Below the pieces are notes generated by a model that was given only the letters and a program-made list of their open reading frames with translations, ran no database searches and had not been told where the DNA came from. Shown here piece by piece: positions 35,659 through 47,936 of a stretch of 62,206 nucleotides of DNA. The DNA is from Nemertoderma westbladi. Lineage: Eukaryota; Animalia; Xenacoelomorpha. The stretch spans positions 1 through 62,206 of the forward strand of contig JAUCBJ010000987.1 of the NCBI GenBank assembly GCA_032718475.1. The letters are read 5' to 3'. Made by a program: the position numbers and the translations under genes. How positions within the stretch are numbered: the stretch's first letter is position 1; every line of letters begins with the position of its first letter.

Positions 35659-37418
35659 CTACAGTCGGAGTACTATAGTAGGGAGTCTTTCTACTCTTAT
35701 AATTTGGTCTGTTGACTCTCTATTACTTACGTCTACATTAGCTAGCTCCCTTCTCACCGTAGGGGGTAAGTTAGGCAACTTATGTCTGTGGGTCGCTCTT
35801 CTACGTCCATTTGAACGAGATTTATTACTTTTACACTCGGAATCAGTATTAGTACCTTCATCTGAGGAGGTAAATCTATGTCTTCTGGGAGTAGATCGAC
35901 TCAGTAGTTGCATCTGAGTAGCTGCCATTTGTTTATTTAAGTAATTTTGTTTTGCCTGAATGCTCTCCAACTCTAGTTTTACCTTTGCTTCAGCTGCCCT
36001 TCGTTCAGCTTCTACTGTGGCAGCTTTACGTTCTACTTCTGCCGCCGCTGCCTTTTGGTTAACTTCCGCTGCTACTGCTGCCGCCTTTCTATCAGCTTCT
36101 GCTGTTGCAGCCGTTGCCGCCGCTGCTCTTTTATCAGCTTCTGCTGCTGCCGCTGCTGCCTTTTTATCAGCTTCTGCCGCTGCCGCCTTTCTATCAACTT
36201 CTGCTGCTGCAGCTTTTAATTCAGCTTCCGCAGTTGCAGCTCGTTTCCGATCTTATATCTGTCCTTTCTTTATTTGTTCTCTTTTGTCCATCTCGATGAG
36301 AATGCTTTCATCAAATTTAGCCTGCTCCACAGCTAATATCTCCGCATCTTGGGAGTCCAAAATGAATTTGGCTTCTTCACTATTGGGGTGAAGACCAGCT
36401 AGAAGTCTCCTTAGCTCTTTGTCACCTATAAATCATTGATAATCCAACAGATAGATGTCAATAGCATCCTTCTTCTGCGGTTTTTTGGATACCGCCTCGC
36501 CTTCCATATGGGAGAAAGTTGCATCGGTTGATTCTCCACAGGCTATGCGTTCAGCTAGCTGAGCCTTCCATTGTGTTGTTCCCTGGACTTTAGCATTCAC
36601 TCGTTGGAACCAAGTCTTTACTGCCACCTGCAGCGATGTATCTTGACTTCTCTTCGAGGCCTCTTCAAAGGCTGAAAGGATTAATCTGATCCTCAATATA
36701 TGTTCTCTTACTTGGTAAAGCAGTTCTCCCTGCTCTTGAGGTCCCTGTTGTTGTTGAAATAACTGTGCTTCTACTCGTCCCAAGGAGTTGAAGAATCCCT
36801 GGACATATCCTGCTGCTGACCTCTTCCATACAGCAGGATCTCGGGTGTCCCTAACTACGCCCATTTGATATAAATTTTCCCAGGCAGCCCTGATAAGTTA
36901 AATGGGAGTCCGGGTCCGGGGAAGTTCCATTGAGTCTCTACAATAGACCTTAGTTCTTCCAACGGGTATCCAGCGTAACTGTCCCTGGTCGATCTCATAT
37001 ATCTCATCCAGTCCGCTTGATGTTCTTCTACGGCTATAAGTACTCTAGTGAGCACTGCCCCAGGAAGAATCAAAAGTGGGTCGTGATATACCACTGTTTC
37101 CATCCTTGCTCCGATCTCGGGCGTTAACTCTTCGGTGTCGGAACTAGAGTTACTACGCAGTTGAGAAATAACTTCTCGGTTCGGGTACTGTTGCTGTTTT
37201 TCAGCCGTCGCTTGGTCTCGCTTAACTTGAGCCCTTGTGCTTATAATAGACCTATGGTGCTTCACTAGCCTAGGGTCCGACACGACTACTGTAGGGATGA
37301 CCTTTCTTACAGTAGGAGGGGACTTAGACTTTGGTCGGGGCCTTCCTATGCTTTGATCTGGGTCACAGATCGTCCTTTCCAAGAGACTATCTGACAGTGT
37401 TTGTTTTGTGTCAGACAT
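35659..37418 (-). pseudogene. gag-like N-terminal region of A2, disrupted and truncated
   Basis: Homologous to 1-1618. Has a 1-bp deletion near 36890 and a premature TGA at 36433. Confidence 0.75.
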
Positions 37419-38535
37419 AATTTATTTTATAGTTGAATGCCTATCACGATAATAACAGTTAAAGTAAGTCTAGGGGAAATCAGTATCAACTGTCAGTCTC
37501 GTAGTTACCGATATTGCTACTCAATGTAACATGGTATATATCTAGTATTAGAATACCGGTATACACCTATAGTATATATAACAGTATTATTACAGACTAT
37601 GATCAGTCACAGAATACCGGTATATAAGTTTAGCCTAATTTATATAAATATATAATAAGCTTACTGTAAACACCGGTAATGTCAATAATTTAATAATAAC
37701 TGATTATCCAAATTTTAGGAATTATTTCCCTTTACTTTATGGCTGATATTAAGCAGTAGGTTCTACTGATATTAAGACCTTTTGATGTATAATAGGCCTA
37801 TTAATTTATAAATCTGATTGAGTTAATTTATAAATATATATATATATATATATACCCGTGATGGGTTTTGTCAATATTTGAAATAAATGTTATTATTTCT
37901 GAGTAAGAAGTCACTACACAGAGGCTGGACGCTCTCAGTGGAGTGCTACTTGTTAAGACACTAAATACTGATAATTCTACTTAACTAAGTTACTTATCAC
38001 TACAAATTACTTACGTATCGGGTTAAGATTACACAATCTCTAAATAAACAATGAACAAGTTAAAGTACAATTTTTAGGGTAATTTAACAAGAAATTTACG
38101 AACCAGACTAACAAAGAGTTAGAATTTCTGGTTCTTACAGACTGACAGGAATTGAGGTATTTTGAAACCACTAAAGTAGTATTCAGTACGTTGTGTTGTC
38201 CAGATAAGGAAATGCCACCGCCTGACTGCTTATAGTCTACACTATACGCACTACTTACCCAGAGTGTCCTATACCTAGAGATTACTTATCGAAGCCAACT
38301 ATAGCTAATGGACCTATTAACCACGTTACAACACAAATATACTGCCTACGCACTAAATTAACTTTCAGGAAAGCACTGTACTCTAAACCCTAAATTAGGT
38401 ACTAGCTCTTATACAATATATAACTTACAGTTAAATATATGTGAACAGCCAAAAGAGCCACGGTATCTGCTGGAGTGACCGGAGCACTAAAACACCAGTC
38501 TGTCCTACTCCAAGCAGTCCTGAAGTAGTACCGGG

Positions 38536-40717
38536 TGATAAACAACCGCGACCTCTATACTAACAGCAGAACTGTTGAACAGACAAATACCCGTTAATAT
38601 CCTTCTGCCAACCTAATGAGCTCTCGTCTAACCAATAAGACACAAAGACTGCTCTACTGTTAAGTAAAGGGGATCAGGAGCGTGATATTACTAAATTGTA
38701 AAGGTTGCTAAATACAAAACCGCTACTTACCGTTAGATGGCGCTAATCTGCCGTCCGCTAATATATTTACTAAATTTACACAACTCCTGCAAAATCGCTT
38801 GTTCCTTTCTCTACCGATCGTTCGATAGAGAGCTAACTGTTCGAATCTATGAGCCACGCGGGAATAACCAAAACAATAAACCCGAGTCGGCTCCCTAAGC
38901 TTACTTAAGACGAGTGCGAGAGGCTTTGCACTCAGAGTATTCTTACGCCTAATTTTACCACTATCAAAGCACGCTATTGCCTACGTCCTTTCTAATCGCG
39001 AATACTGGGGGTTCCCTAACGTAATGTGTGAATGCGAGAATATTTAAAATATCAAAATGGTACAGTATTTGTCTTTACGTGGATAGTATCACTCTGGGTC
39101 TAAACTTGCCTGCCGCTGGCTTTAGGCCAGCAAATTACTAGCGTGTTGTGTGTACCGAATAGTGCGATCTAGCTGATTGCCCGCTAATGCAAATAACCGC
39201 TCAGCGTGAATAGTTTACAGTACTCTAATTATTACCTTAGCTACTCTCCGCTATGCTGCGTACTAATTCCTAATTTTTACTAATCAATTACAGTCACAAA
39301 TATGTAACAGCGTACTAATTACTAAGAGTTCCAGAACGCGTAATTCTAATTTACTACGCAACAGGTTTCGCTAGTAACAGCCTAAATTGCCGTATTACTT
39401 TGACCTAATCAGTAACTAATTGTTGTAACTAAGAAATAGAAATCAATCAAAGAGAAAGGGGCGCCTACCTAAACATTCATAATCATAGGCACACTTCAGT
39501 ATCACACCAATCAGCATCAGCAATCACAGTTCGCAATTATGCAGTTAACTACTGTATAGCTCACAATTATGCGATTCACTATTCGTACTCCACACTCAAC
39601 GTTATAATACGCGCAGGCCTCTCCCGGATACATCTAGGCTTCCTAACTAACCCGATTCCTGCCCCCCTAATACTAAATAGAGACGAAACCTGGATCATCA
39701 GCCCCCTAGTTACTGTACCGGCGAATGGTCTGCGTGTTACAGTGCAAATGCCCGCCCGCAACGGTGAACCAGCGTTGCCCGTCTTTGAATCCTCCGCTCT
39801 CCCCTAGTCGCTCAACCCCCCGATGTGCCCACCGCCTACTGGCACCTTAGCCCTCATTATGCTAATAGCTACCGTAGCGGCACATGCAAATCACAAAGTC
39901 TGACAGTCTCAGAAATCCCTTAGGATTATTGCGTAGAAAGGAATCACATAGAACCATTAACAAAGATAGAAATCATAGTTCCAGTTGTAATTAGCAGTAA
40001 TCGATAGGATTAATTGAGAAACACAATCAAGAATAATCGCACTAGCAAATCATTTGGAGAAATTAATCGAAAACAGCAAATTGCAGAAATACGCTAAAAT
40101 ATCAGTCAAAAAATGAATAGAGACAGCTCAGCAAGTACAAGGGTGATAGATAGAGCTCTACCGGCACACCGCCAATTTATAGGTGATCCGAGTGGGATGA
40201 TGCAATAGGGTGACTCAATCGCTCTCCTATTGGCTCTCCAGTCCGCGCTAGCATTAAACCAAGCTGGAAGCAGTTAGTCCAATAAGGAGGCCGGATTGTA
40301 GCCCTATTGCTCCCCAAACCTCAAATTATTACCATATATGGTAATGGATCATGTTCCTGGCTGCTGAATGGCCAGGACAGCATCCCTATATGCTAGCCCT
40401 ATTGAAGCTAATATCAGCAAGCACGAAATCCAGGGTCCGAATAAACTTGCTACCCTGGAACTATCTACATATATCCTAATACAAAATTACGTAGGTAGGG
40501 CTACATATTATACAAAATGGATGGATTCAAATATATGGGCGTTTTGGTTTCCCTATCTAAATATCATTGTGCTATTATGCCTTATCTAAAATATTATGCT
40601 GCACAACGGACTAATATTGCGTACAGTATAACGGACTAATATATTATACTGTATAATGAACCAATATATTATACTGTATAATGGCTAATAATGTGTACAG
40701 CGCCATATACCGTAACA
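38536..40717 (-). repeat. 3' LTR of C (2182 bp)
   Basis: Near-identical direct repeat of 55087-57241, with a few substitutions and short indels. Confidence 0.95.
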
Positions 40718-41206
40718 CCGCTCCAAGGGAAATCATATAATGTTTCCCTCCAATTGTAGAAGAGTATAAGGTGATGTATACAAACAAAATAAATTTCTTT
40801 CAAATAATCTAAATAACACAATAATTCTACTATTTACAAATATTGCCATAGATATTGCATAATGAATTTACATACAAATTAAAATTACAAAAATATTATC
40901 TCTCTCAATGTTAACGATTATTACATACAAATTAAATTTACAAAAATACTGTTTCTCATTCGCACTACATAATGATTACTACATACAAGATCAAATATAA
41001 AATTTTGCTAGGGCAAGTGAAAGGAGTAAGCCAAACCCGCAGGTTTGTCTCCCCAATCACTTCCTTCGCCTCTCTCATAATATAAATTCAAATAATTGCG
41101 CAACTAGTGTATATGAGTCTAGTCGGATATTTCTAAAATGCTACAATATACATCAGAGCGACGATGATGTATATATCTAGAGTCTGTCGCCCTGTGATAC
41201 GATGCA

Positions 41207-44200
41207 TTAACGACCCGCTCCTGGGTTCTTCGGGCTCGCTCCTCTCTTTCGCCCCCTGCCCAGATACACCAATCGTCCTCTAGTCGACTCTGTTGATGGC
41301 GTCCGTGAGGCGTCACTCCCCGGAACCGGCGACGATGTTCCCTGAGCCCCGACAGACTCCCGGCTCGTACTTCTCCCTCGGCCTCGTCCCAATTGTCGTG
41401 CTCCCGTGGTCGCTTCCGCCAACTCTTCCTTATGCAGTTGCACACGCGCTTTTTCAGACGCTCCCTGCGCCTTGCGCTGCAACCTTTGCGCTTCTATAAT
41501 AGCGTGATAGTGGTCGTCCTTGACTTGATGCTTGTCTTGGACCCCTCCTCCTGGTTCTTTCCGCGAGCTTTGAGCTCCAGCGGTCGTCGCTGTGGTCGCT
41601 GCGATCCTCTGTTCCTCTATCCTCTCAGCGGTCAATGACCCCACTGGCACATGAGTCAACAGGAATTCGTTGCGGTATTGTATAGCCGCCATCCTCCAAT
41701 CACCTCGCGCGCGTACCACTTTTCTAGTCTCCGTAAATACACCCTTCGTGATGCGATCGCAAATAGCAACGAAGTTCCAGGTGTACTTATTGTCCATATT
41801 CAATTGTCTGAAGTATTCTCGGACTACGATAACTCCAGTGTTCTGTGGAAGGTCTTGAGCAGTTAGGATGAGTTCCTGATATTGTGGTAGCGATTGTAGA
41901 TATGGCTCGTACGCAACATGCGATGGGTCTACCGCCCAAAATCCATACCCCGCCTTAAATGGTAACCAACGCATCTGCGCTTGAATATGGTAATCAGCCA
42001 CACTCTCCCACTTATCTAACATCTCCCGAAGTAGGTTAGCGCTATGGTTTTGAAAGGAATCATCTCGCAGCTGACATCTCGCGCTACGATGTCCCTTTAC
42101 CCCACAATATCCGCATTGAGAAATGAAGACGGTGCACGTGTGAAACGAATGGTCGGTCTCATTACACCAACGACAGACCTTATGCGGCGCCTCTACTACC
42201 GCGTCGCACGACTTTAGATTGTGCCTTGTGCTGCCGCACAACTTGCACCTACGCGCTTGTGGAAACCAGGCCCTCTCGTATATGAGGTCTCCAATCGGTT
42301 TCGCACTTCCTTCTTTCCCAATGTCTAATACGATGTCGTCCTCTCCGGTCAACGGTTGTCGATCCGGAACAAAGTAAACATCCTCGCCCTTGTCCTCTAT
42401 CTCCAATATTTCCTCCCGCGTTCGTTTTGGATGTCTTCTCCACCGGAAGATCTACTCCGAACATCTCTACTAATGTCTCCGGCCAGCCCTCCTTAACAGG
42501 TCTATCAGCCTCCGAGTGGAAGGGAGTACCAAACCCGCGGGTTTGATTCCCGAACCACTTCTCCAAAGCTTCTGGCGTCGGATACTCCATCGACGGTCGG
42601 TCTCCCAAATCTCCGATGTTCTGTCGATATACTCCTTCGAATATCGCTAATCCTCTCCTAACCATCGACGTATTCTCTAACGATTGGTTGAAGAACGGGG
42701 TTAAGAAACGCTTCATCACGTCGGATTGGATTCCCCCTTTCGAGCGAACGTATTGATCTCCTCCGTATACCAATGGATGACGCTTCAAAACTCGCGCAAC
42801 GATATCCGCTAATAAACAAGTCACCGTGTTCGACTCAAGCACCAAATAATATTGTAGCGACGCACGGGGTGGCGCGCAAATGTTCCAATACACTAACGCT
42901 TGCCGCTTGAAGTGGGATTTGAACTCCGCTCCCGGTGGCATGTTGTATTCACCATACGCCTCCTCGTACTTCTTCTGCGTCTTTAACTTAAAGTCCCAAT
43001 TATACAATAAGTGTGCTATAAAGCCCATACCAGTCTTGGCAGAGTTGGGATACTCCCTATAAATTCCAATATCCTGTGCCCATAGCAACAATAGCTTGGT
43101 GTCGACAAACGGTCTCGGCAATCTATCTTCCAGATCAGTCATGGCGTTGAAGTCACTCTCCAAATCGCTCTGGACTCCCGATCCTACCTTGACGTAATCT
43201 TGGTTGAGAATAGCCTCTCTAACTTTCTTGGGTAGCATCCTGGCGTCGATACGCTCCGCTCCGTGCATACCTCCAAAATCGGTTCCCTAGGATCCTTCCC
43301 CTTCCGATATTGTGTCGTTATGATGGGCTCCGGTCTCTCTCGATCCGCCCTCACACGCATAAACACATGAGTCACACCATCGGCCGCACGAATTTGAATG
43401 CACTTGCTAGTCAAACATTCTTGATGGGACCCTCCTTCATTATCATAAAACATCACCCTCCAATCTTGCAGTGATTCCTCCGTTTTCCTCCACTGACGCT
43501 GAATCTCGTCTGATGGGGTCCACATGCGCTCGATCGCCTTGTGGTCATCATATCGGGTATAAGAACCCTTCCTCCTCAGCCACGTCTGGTCTACCTCCTC
43601 GTTGTCTGGGAATGTAGCCACCGCGACCCATACCTTGATGTACTTATCCAACCATCCGAATAGTTTGCTCTCCTTCCCCGGAGCTCCAATCTTATCCAAT
43701 GTGTCGTAATCTGTGATCTGCATTGGGACATCACGCAAGAACTTCGCGCATAAAACTTCCCGTAGACAGTCAACGTTCCAATGGTCCGCCATTCTTACCA
43801 TCGGCAAGAATCGTATCGCTTCTCGCGACTCCGGATGATCTACTAATATCGCAGGTTCGGTGCCGTCGGAATAATACACTGGTCGGGGTTGAGATACGAC
43901 CTGTGGAACAAATCCGGTCACTCTCCTCGTCTCCTCTTGATGTCTATCCGCGGTCTTATTATACTCCGCTATCCTATTCTCAACTAACTCTTTCGCCTTC
44001 GCCGCTCGCTCCTCCTGCCGCAACGCGTCTATGTCGTCCTGATGCTCGGGCGTGAGGGTTCTCACTCGGTGAGGTGAAGTAAACGCAGTCCAGGGACTCG
44101 AGAGCTCCAAACCCGCGGGTTTGGTACCCGAGTCCCGTGCCGCTTCGCGCCGCGCCTCTAGATCCTTATAGGCTCGGTACAGCGAAATGGCCGCTGCCGT

Positions 44201-44896
44201 CTCTATCAAACTGGGTGTCGAACAGGGTTTAATCTCCGTATACGGATCTAATGTCGTAACGGTCGGCGTAATGGGTCTCGGAGGTCGCTTTCCGCTGAAG
44301 TCGATACTGATCATCGGGTTGCTCATCGGGTAACCTCCCTCGTTGTATCTAAGGAATTGGTGAGCTGGACATCGCGTTAATATCGGTTCTGGATGTTGCT
44401 CGTCTAGTCGATCGGGAATCGCCACGTCCTGTTTATTCATGCATTCACCACACTTGTAGAACAGCTTGTACACGCTGAAGACTTTCGGCGTCTCCTGATC
44501 CTCGCCTCGAGTCCTCCGGTACAGATGCATTCCATCGAACTGATCTCGGACTGCAGGTAGCGGCTCCTCGTGTCGTAAATACATATTCATATGGTATAGT
44601 CGTGCGATTTCCTCGTCCGGATCTGCGCTGATGTCACACACGTCCAAAGCGAAATCGTAGGGATACCGAGTGCGATACTCTCTCCGCAAAACTTCCATCC
44701 GGTCCCCCAACGCTCTCATTCTTTCCCTCCGTAATTCCTTATCATAAGTCGGTTTGTATTTCCCGTTTAGCTCCATCACGGACCGCCCATGGTAGTAAAC
44801 GTTAGAGTCTTTACATCCTGGTCGCGCGAATGGTAGCTCCGCCTCCTCTCTGGCAGTAAATCCTCTGCGCGGTTGCGCTCTAATATCCTTCTCCAT
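41207..44896 (-). pseudogene. ORF3 of C: unknown N-terminal region, DEDDy 3'-5' exonuclease, three CCHC knuckles and basic tail (two frameshifts)
   Basis: VMFYDNEG; LPKKVREAIL...VKVGSGVQSD; FVDTK; KTGMG; W...QYYLVLES. Knuckles CKLCGSTRHNLKSC, CRWCNETDHSFHTC and CGYCGVKGHRSARC. Confidence 0.72.
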
Positions 44897-45663
44897 TATG
44901 CCTCGCGTATATACATATATATATCCCAATAAGTGCCGTTACGTAACCAATTACACTGTGGGTAAATCAGTTAGATGTCGCCGAAAGACAGACCTCCCGA
45001 ACCCCCCCCCCCCCCCCCCCGCTTTCCAGCAGTTCAGGTTCGACTCTCTAGATCCCGTCTCTTCCTAACTAACTATCCTCTAACCTATTCCCATGCATAG
45101 CGCAAAAACTTTGGAGATAAACTGGCCGTGACCAACTCACTTTTTGATGCCCAAACTACTCCCATTACTCGTACTAAACTACAGTAGTTAGAAAGGACCA
45201 TAGCCACAATACTCGACTATACCAAACCCACAGGTTTGATAATCGAATATCACACATCCTGCAAACTACTGAGTGGGGTCCATGTACGCCTCTGGTGCTA
45301 CTAACCTTTAGCACCTTAGTTGCACTGTTGGCACCAATCTGTGGAAGTTGCTAAACTCAATTTACACTCCTACGTAATATAGCCGTCACCATGGTTTCTA
45401 AATGCTATTTTCCAGGCTTCACGACTTTTCAAATTACTGTTTATCTATAGACGAATTCTAAAACGCGTCTATACACAGCGTCTGGAATTGTCTTGGGTTC
45501 ACTTCTAATTTTTAAAATTTTAAATTTTCCAAAATTTTTGAAAATAAAATTTTGTTTTGATACCCACCAGACAAAACTCAACGCAAATCACCACAACCCC
45601 GCTCCTATGCATTTCCTTGTATTTGCATACGAGGAATGCATACGAAGTGAGTTGCGTCCAACA

Positions 45664-47889
45664 CTAATTCTGTTTTGAGGCAGGAGACAAATTATAATCT
45701 CCCGTCTCGATGCGTGTCTCCTCTAATAACACGATATCTTGGACCGGTCGGTCCAAGGTGTGCAAACCATTAGTTTTACACTTTTTTGGGTGCGGACACT
45801 TGCACCTAATTTTCACAGTGACTGTGCGCACTATGTTTTGCACGTCTGGGTGTGTGTGCAAGATCACTCCTGTCTCCCAATACTTTCTCTTGACAATGGG
45901 TTCGGTTATCAATACGTAGTCTCCCCTTTGGAGACTCCGAACCGTTTTGTACCACTTTGTTCTGGTGGATATGGTGGGAAGATAGTATTCCCGCCAATAT
46001 TCCCAGAATGTGTACGCAACAAATTGAGTCATTTTCCAGCTTTTACGACTATATAGGTCGGCACTAATGGGTTCTGATGCCGGCACAAGAAATGCTGGAC
46101 TCTGCATTAGCAAATGATTCGGCGTTAATGCAACACCGTCTGGCAACATAGCTATCGGCCTCGAGTTTAGGGTATGCTCGATTTCAATGAAAGCTGTGAC
46201 CAGTTCGTCATCGGTAAGTTGTTTGTTTACAGGCAACGTTTTGGCAATGGCCTGCTTTACAGAGCGAACTAAACGCTCCCAACTTCCTCCTCTCCAAGGA
46301 CTTTCTGGAGTATTAAATCTCCACTCTACTCTTTGCGGCAAAAGTGCTGCAGAAATTTCCTTATTCTGTGCTGCTTTATGAGCCGCGTTCAACTCGCTAT
46401 TCCCTCCGACAAAGTTTGTACCCTTATCGGAGTAGAACGCCTTTACTAGTCCTCTCCTGGCCATAAATCTCTTTAAGGCCAGGAGCAGAGATTTGGTCGA
46501 CATGTCTGCCACACGCTCAATGTGTATGGCTCTACTAGCCATGCATGTCAGTAGCAGACCCCATCGCTTGTGGGTCAGCCGTCCACTCTTTGCTTCAATC
46601 GGACCAAAACAGTCCACCCCTGTGTTCGTAAAGGGTGGGTCATATGCCTGCACTCTCGCTTCCGGGAGTTCAGCCATCTCCTGTTCCAATACTCTGGCGT
46701 TCACCCTCTTGCAAACCAGACAGGCGTCGTACATAGTGCCGACTGCCCTGCTTGGCTGCAATAGAATGAATCGCTGTCTCGCTGCCGACAGACAGTGTAA
46801 CCTTCCCGCGTGATGCAACCTCTTATGTATATCCCATAGAATCGCTCTTTGCAATTCTATTGGGTGACTAGGGATTATCACTGGGAACCGAAACTGTGAG
46901 TTTATGTCGACAGTCTGGATTCTCGATCTATGACAAATCAAACCCTTATGGATTAATGGACTCCATTTTCTAAGGGGTTTATAGAGAACTGGTCGTTGAG
47001 CCGATAATAGATGGAATTCTTTTGGGAAGGCACACATTTGATAATGCTTCAAATGCCTTAACTCCGCTTGATCAATCTCATCCTCTGTCAGAGGTTGTTT
47101 CAATTTCCGAATTCGCTCACTATTGGCGCTCGATGGTTCTCTCAAATGTTTCGAATGTTTTAAACAAAGGTACGAAACGTATCGGCTTAACCACGCAGTT
47201 CTTTTACAAATTGTCAGCCAAGAGGCAGACGAATTTAGTAATTTGTCATAAATACTGCATGACTCTAATGCCAGCGACGGTTGTCCGCTAATTAATGGAA
47301 GTTTCGAATCCAAACCCGCAGGTTTGGAAACCAAAGGATCCATCGTGTCGGTCATTTTCTGTCCATCACTTACCAATTGTGACTCCGGTTTAGTCTGTAA
47401 GGGTGGTTTTATGTCGTAACTTACCCTTCCGGACCTAGTAGTCACGTAAGTCTGTTGGTCTGACAGGTCTCCGGGCCGCTCCAATGACTCTTCAGGCCGC
47501 TCAAATGACTCTTCAGGCCGCTCCAATGACTTAAGTTTGGCCTTAGACTTCGACTTAGAGACTTTCTCCACCTTGACTTCTGCATCTTCAGGCATCGGAT
47601 TGGTCACTATCTTTAGTCGCTCTGGCCAATGTTCCTGTGTCCTCGTTAGAAAATCAGGTCCATGCAACCAAAACTCCTGCGACTCTTCCTGACAGAATTC
47701 CGCCGGCATTGCACCTCTCGAAGTTATGTCGGCCGGATTCAACACTCCCAGACAATGTCTCCATTGTTCCTTCGTCGAAAAGTCGACGATCTGAGCGCGT
47801 CTATTGGCCACGAATGTCTTTAGTGCAATATTGTCGGCCGCAATGTATACTAACACTAAGGATGCGTCCGTCCAATAGAATAAGGTCAA
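45664..47889 (-). CDS. pol 3' part: RNase H C-terminus and integrase
   Basis: YWTDAS, NPADITSRG, HHAG...CLVC, GVDCFGP, SDKGTNFVG and GGSWERLV motifs. Confidence 0.95.
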   Translation of the reverse strand: MTLFYWTDASLVLVYIAADNIALKTFVANRRAQIVDFSTKEQWRHCLGVLNPADITSRGAMPAEFCQEESQEFWLHGPDFLTRTQEHWPERLKIVTNPMPEDAEVKVEKVSKSKSKAKLKSLERPEESFERPEESLERPGDLSDQQTYVTTRSGRVSYDIKPPLQTKPESQLVSDGQKMTDTMDPLVSKPAGLDSKLPLISGQPSLALESCSIYDKLLNSSASWLTICKRTAWLSRYVSYLCLKHSKHLREPSSANSERIRKLKQPLTEDEIDQAELRHLKHYQMCAFPKEFHLLSAQRPVLYKPLRKWSPLIHKGLICHRSRIQTVDINSQFRFPVIIPSHPIELQRAILWDIHKRLHHAGRLHCLSAARQRFILLQPSRAVGTMYDACLVCKRVNARVLEQEMAELPEARVQAYDPPFTNTGVDCFGPIEAKSGRLTHKRWGLLLTCMASRAIHIERVADMSTKSLLLALKRFMARRGLVKAFYSDKGTNFVGGNSELNAAHKAAQNKEISAALLPQRVEWRFNTPESPWRGGSWERLVRSVKQAIAKTLPVNKQLTDDELVTAFIEIEHTLNSRPIAMLPDGVALTPNHLLMQSPAFLVPASEPISADLYSRKSWKMTQFVAYTFWEYWREYYLPTISTRTKWYKTVRSLQRGDYVLITEPIVKRKYWETGVILHTHPDVQNIVRTVTVKIRCKCPHPKKCKTNGLHTLDRPVQDIVLLEETRIETGDYNLSPASKQN

Positions 47890-47936
47890 TGTCGTGTCTA
47901 ACTCCTCAATTATCTGCTTACTTACCTCGACCGAAA

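Noticed and set aside
39579-40589. Short ORFs duplicated at 56130-57113
   Set aside because: They are identical only because they lie in the LTRs, and they show no protein features.
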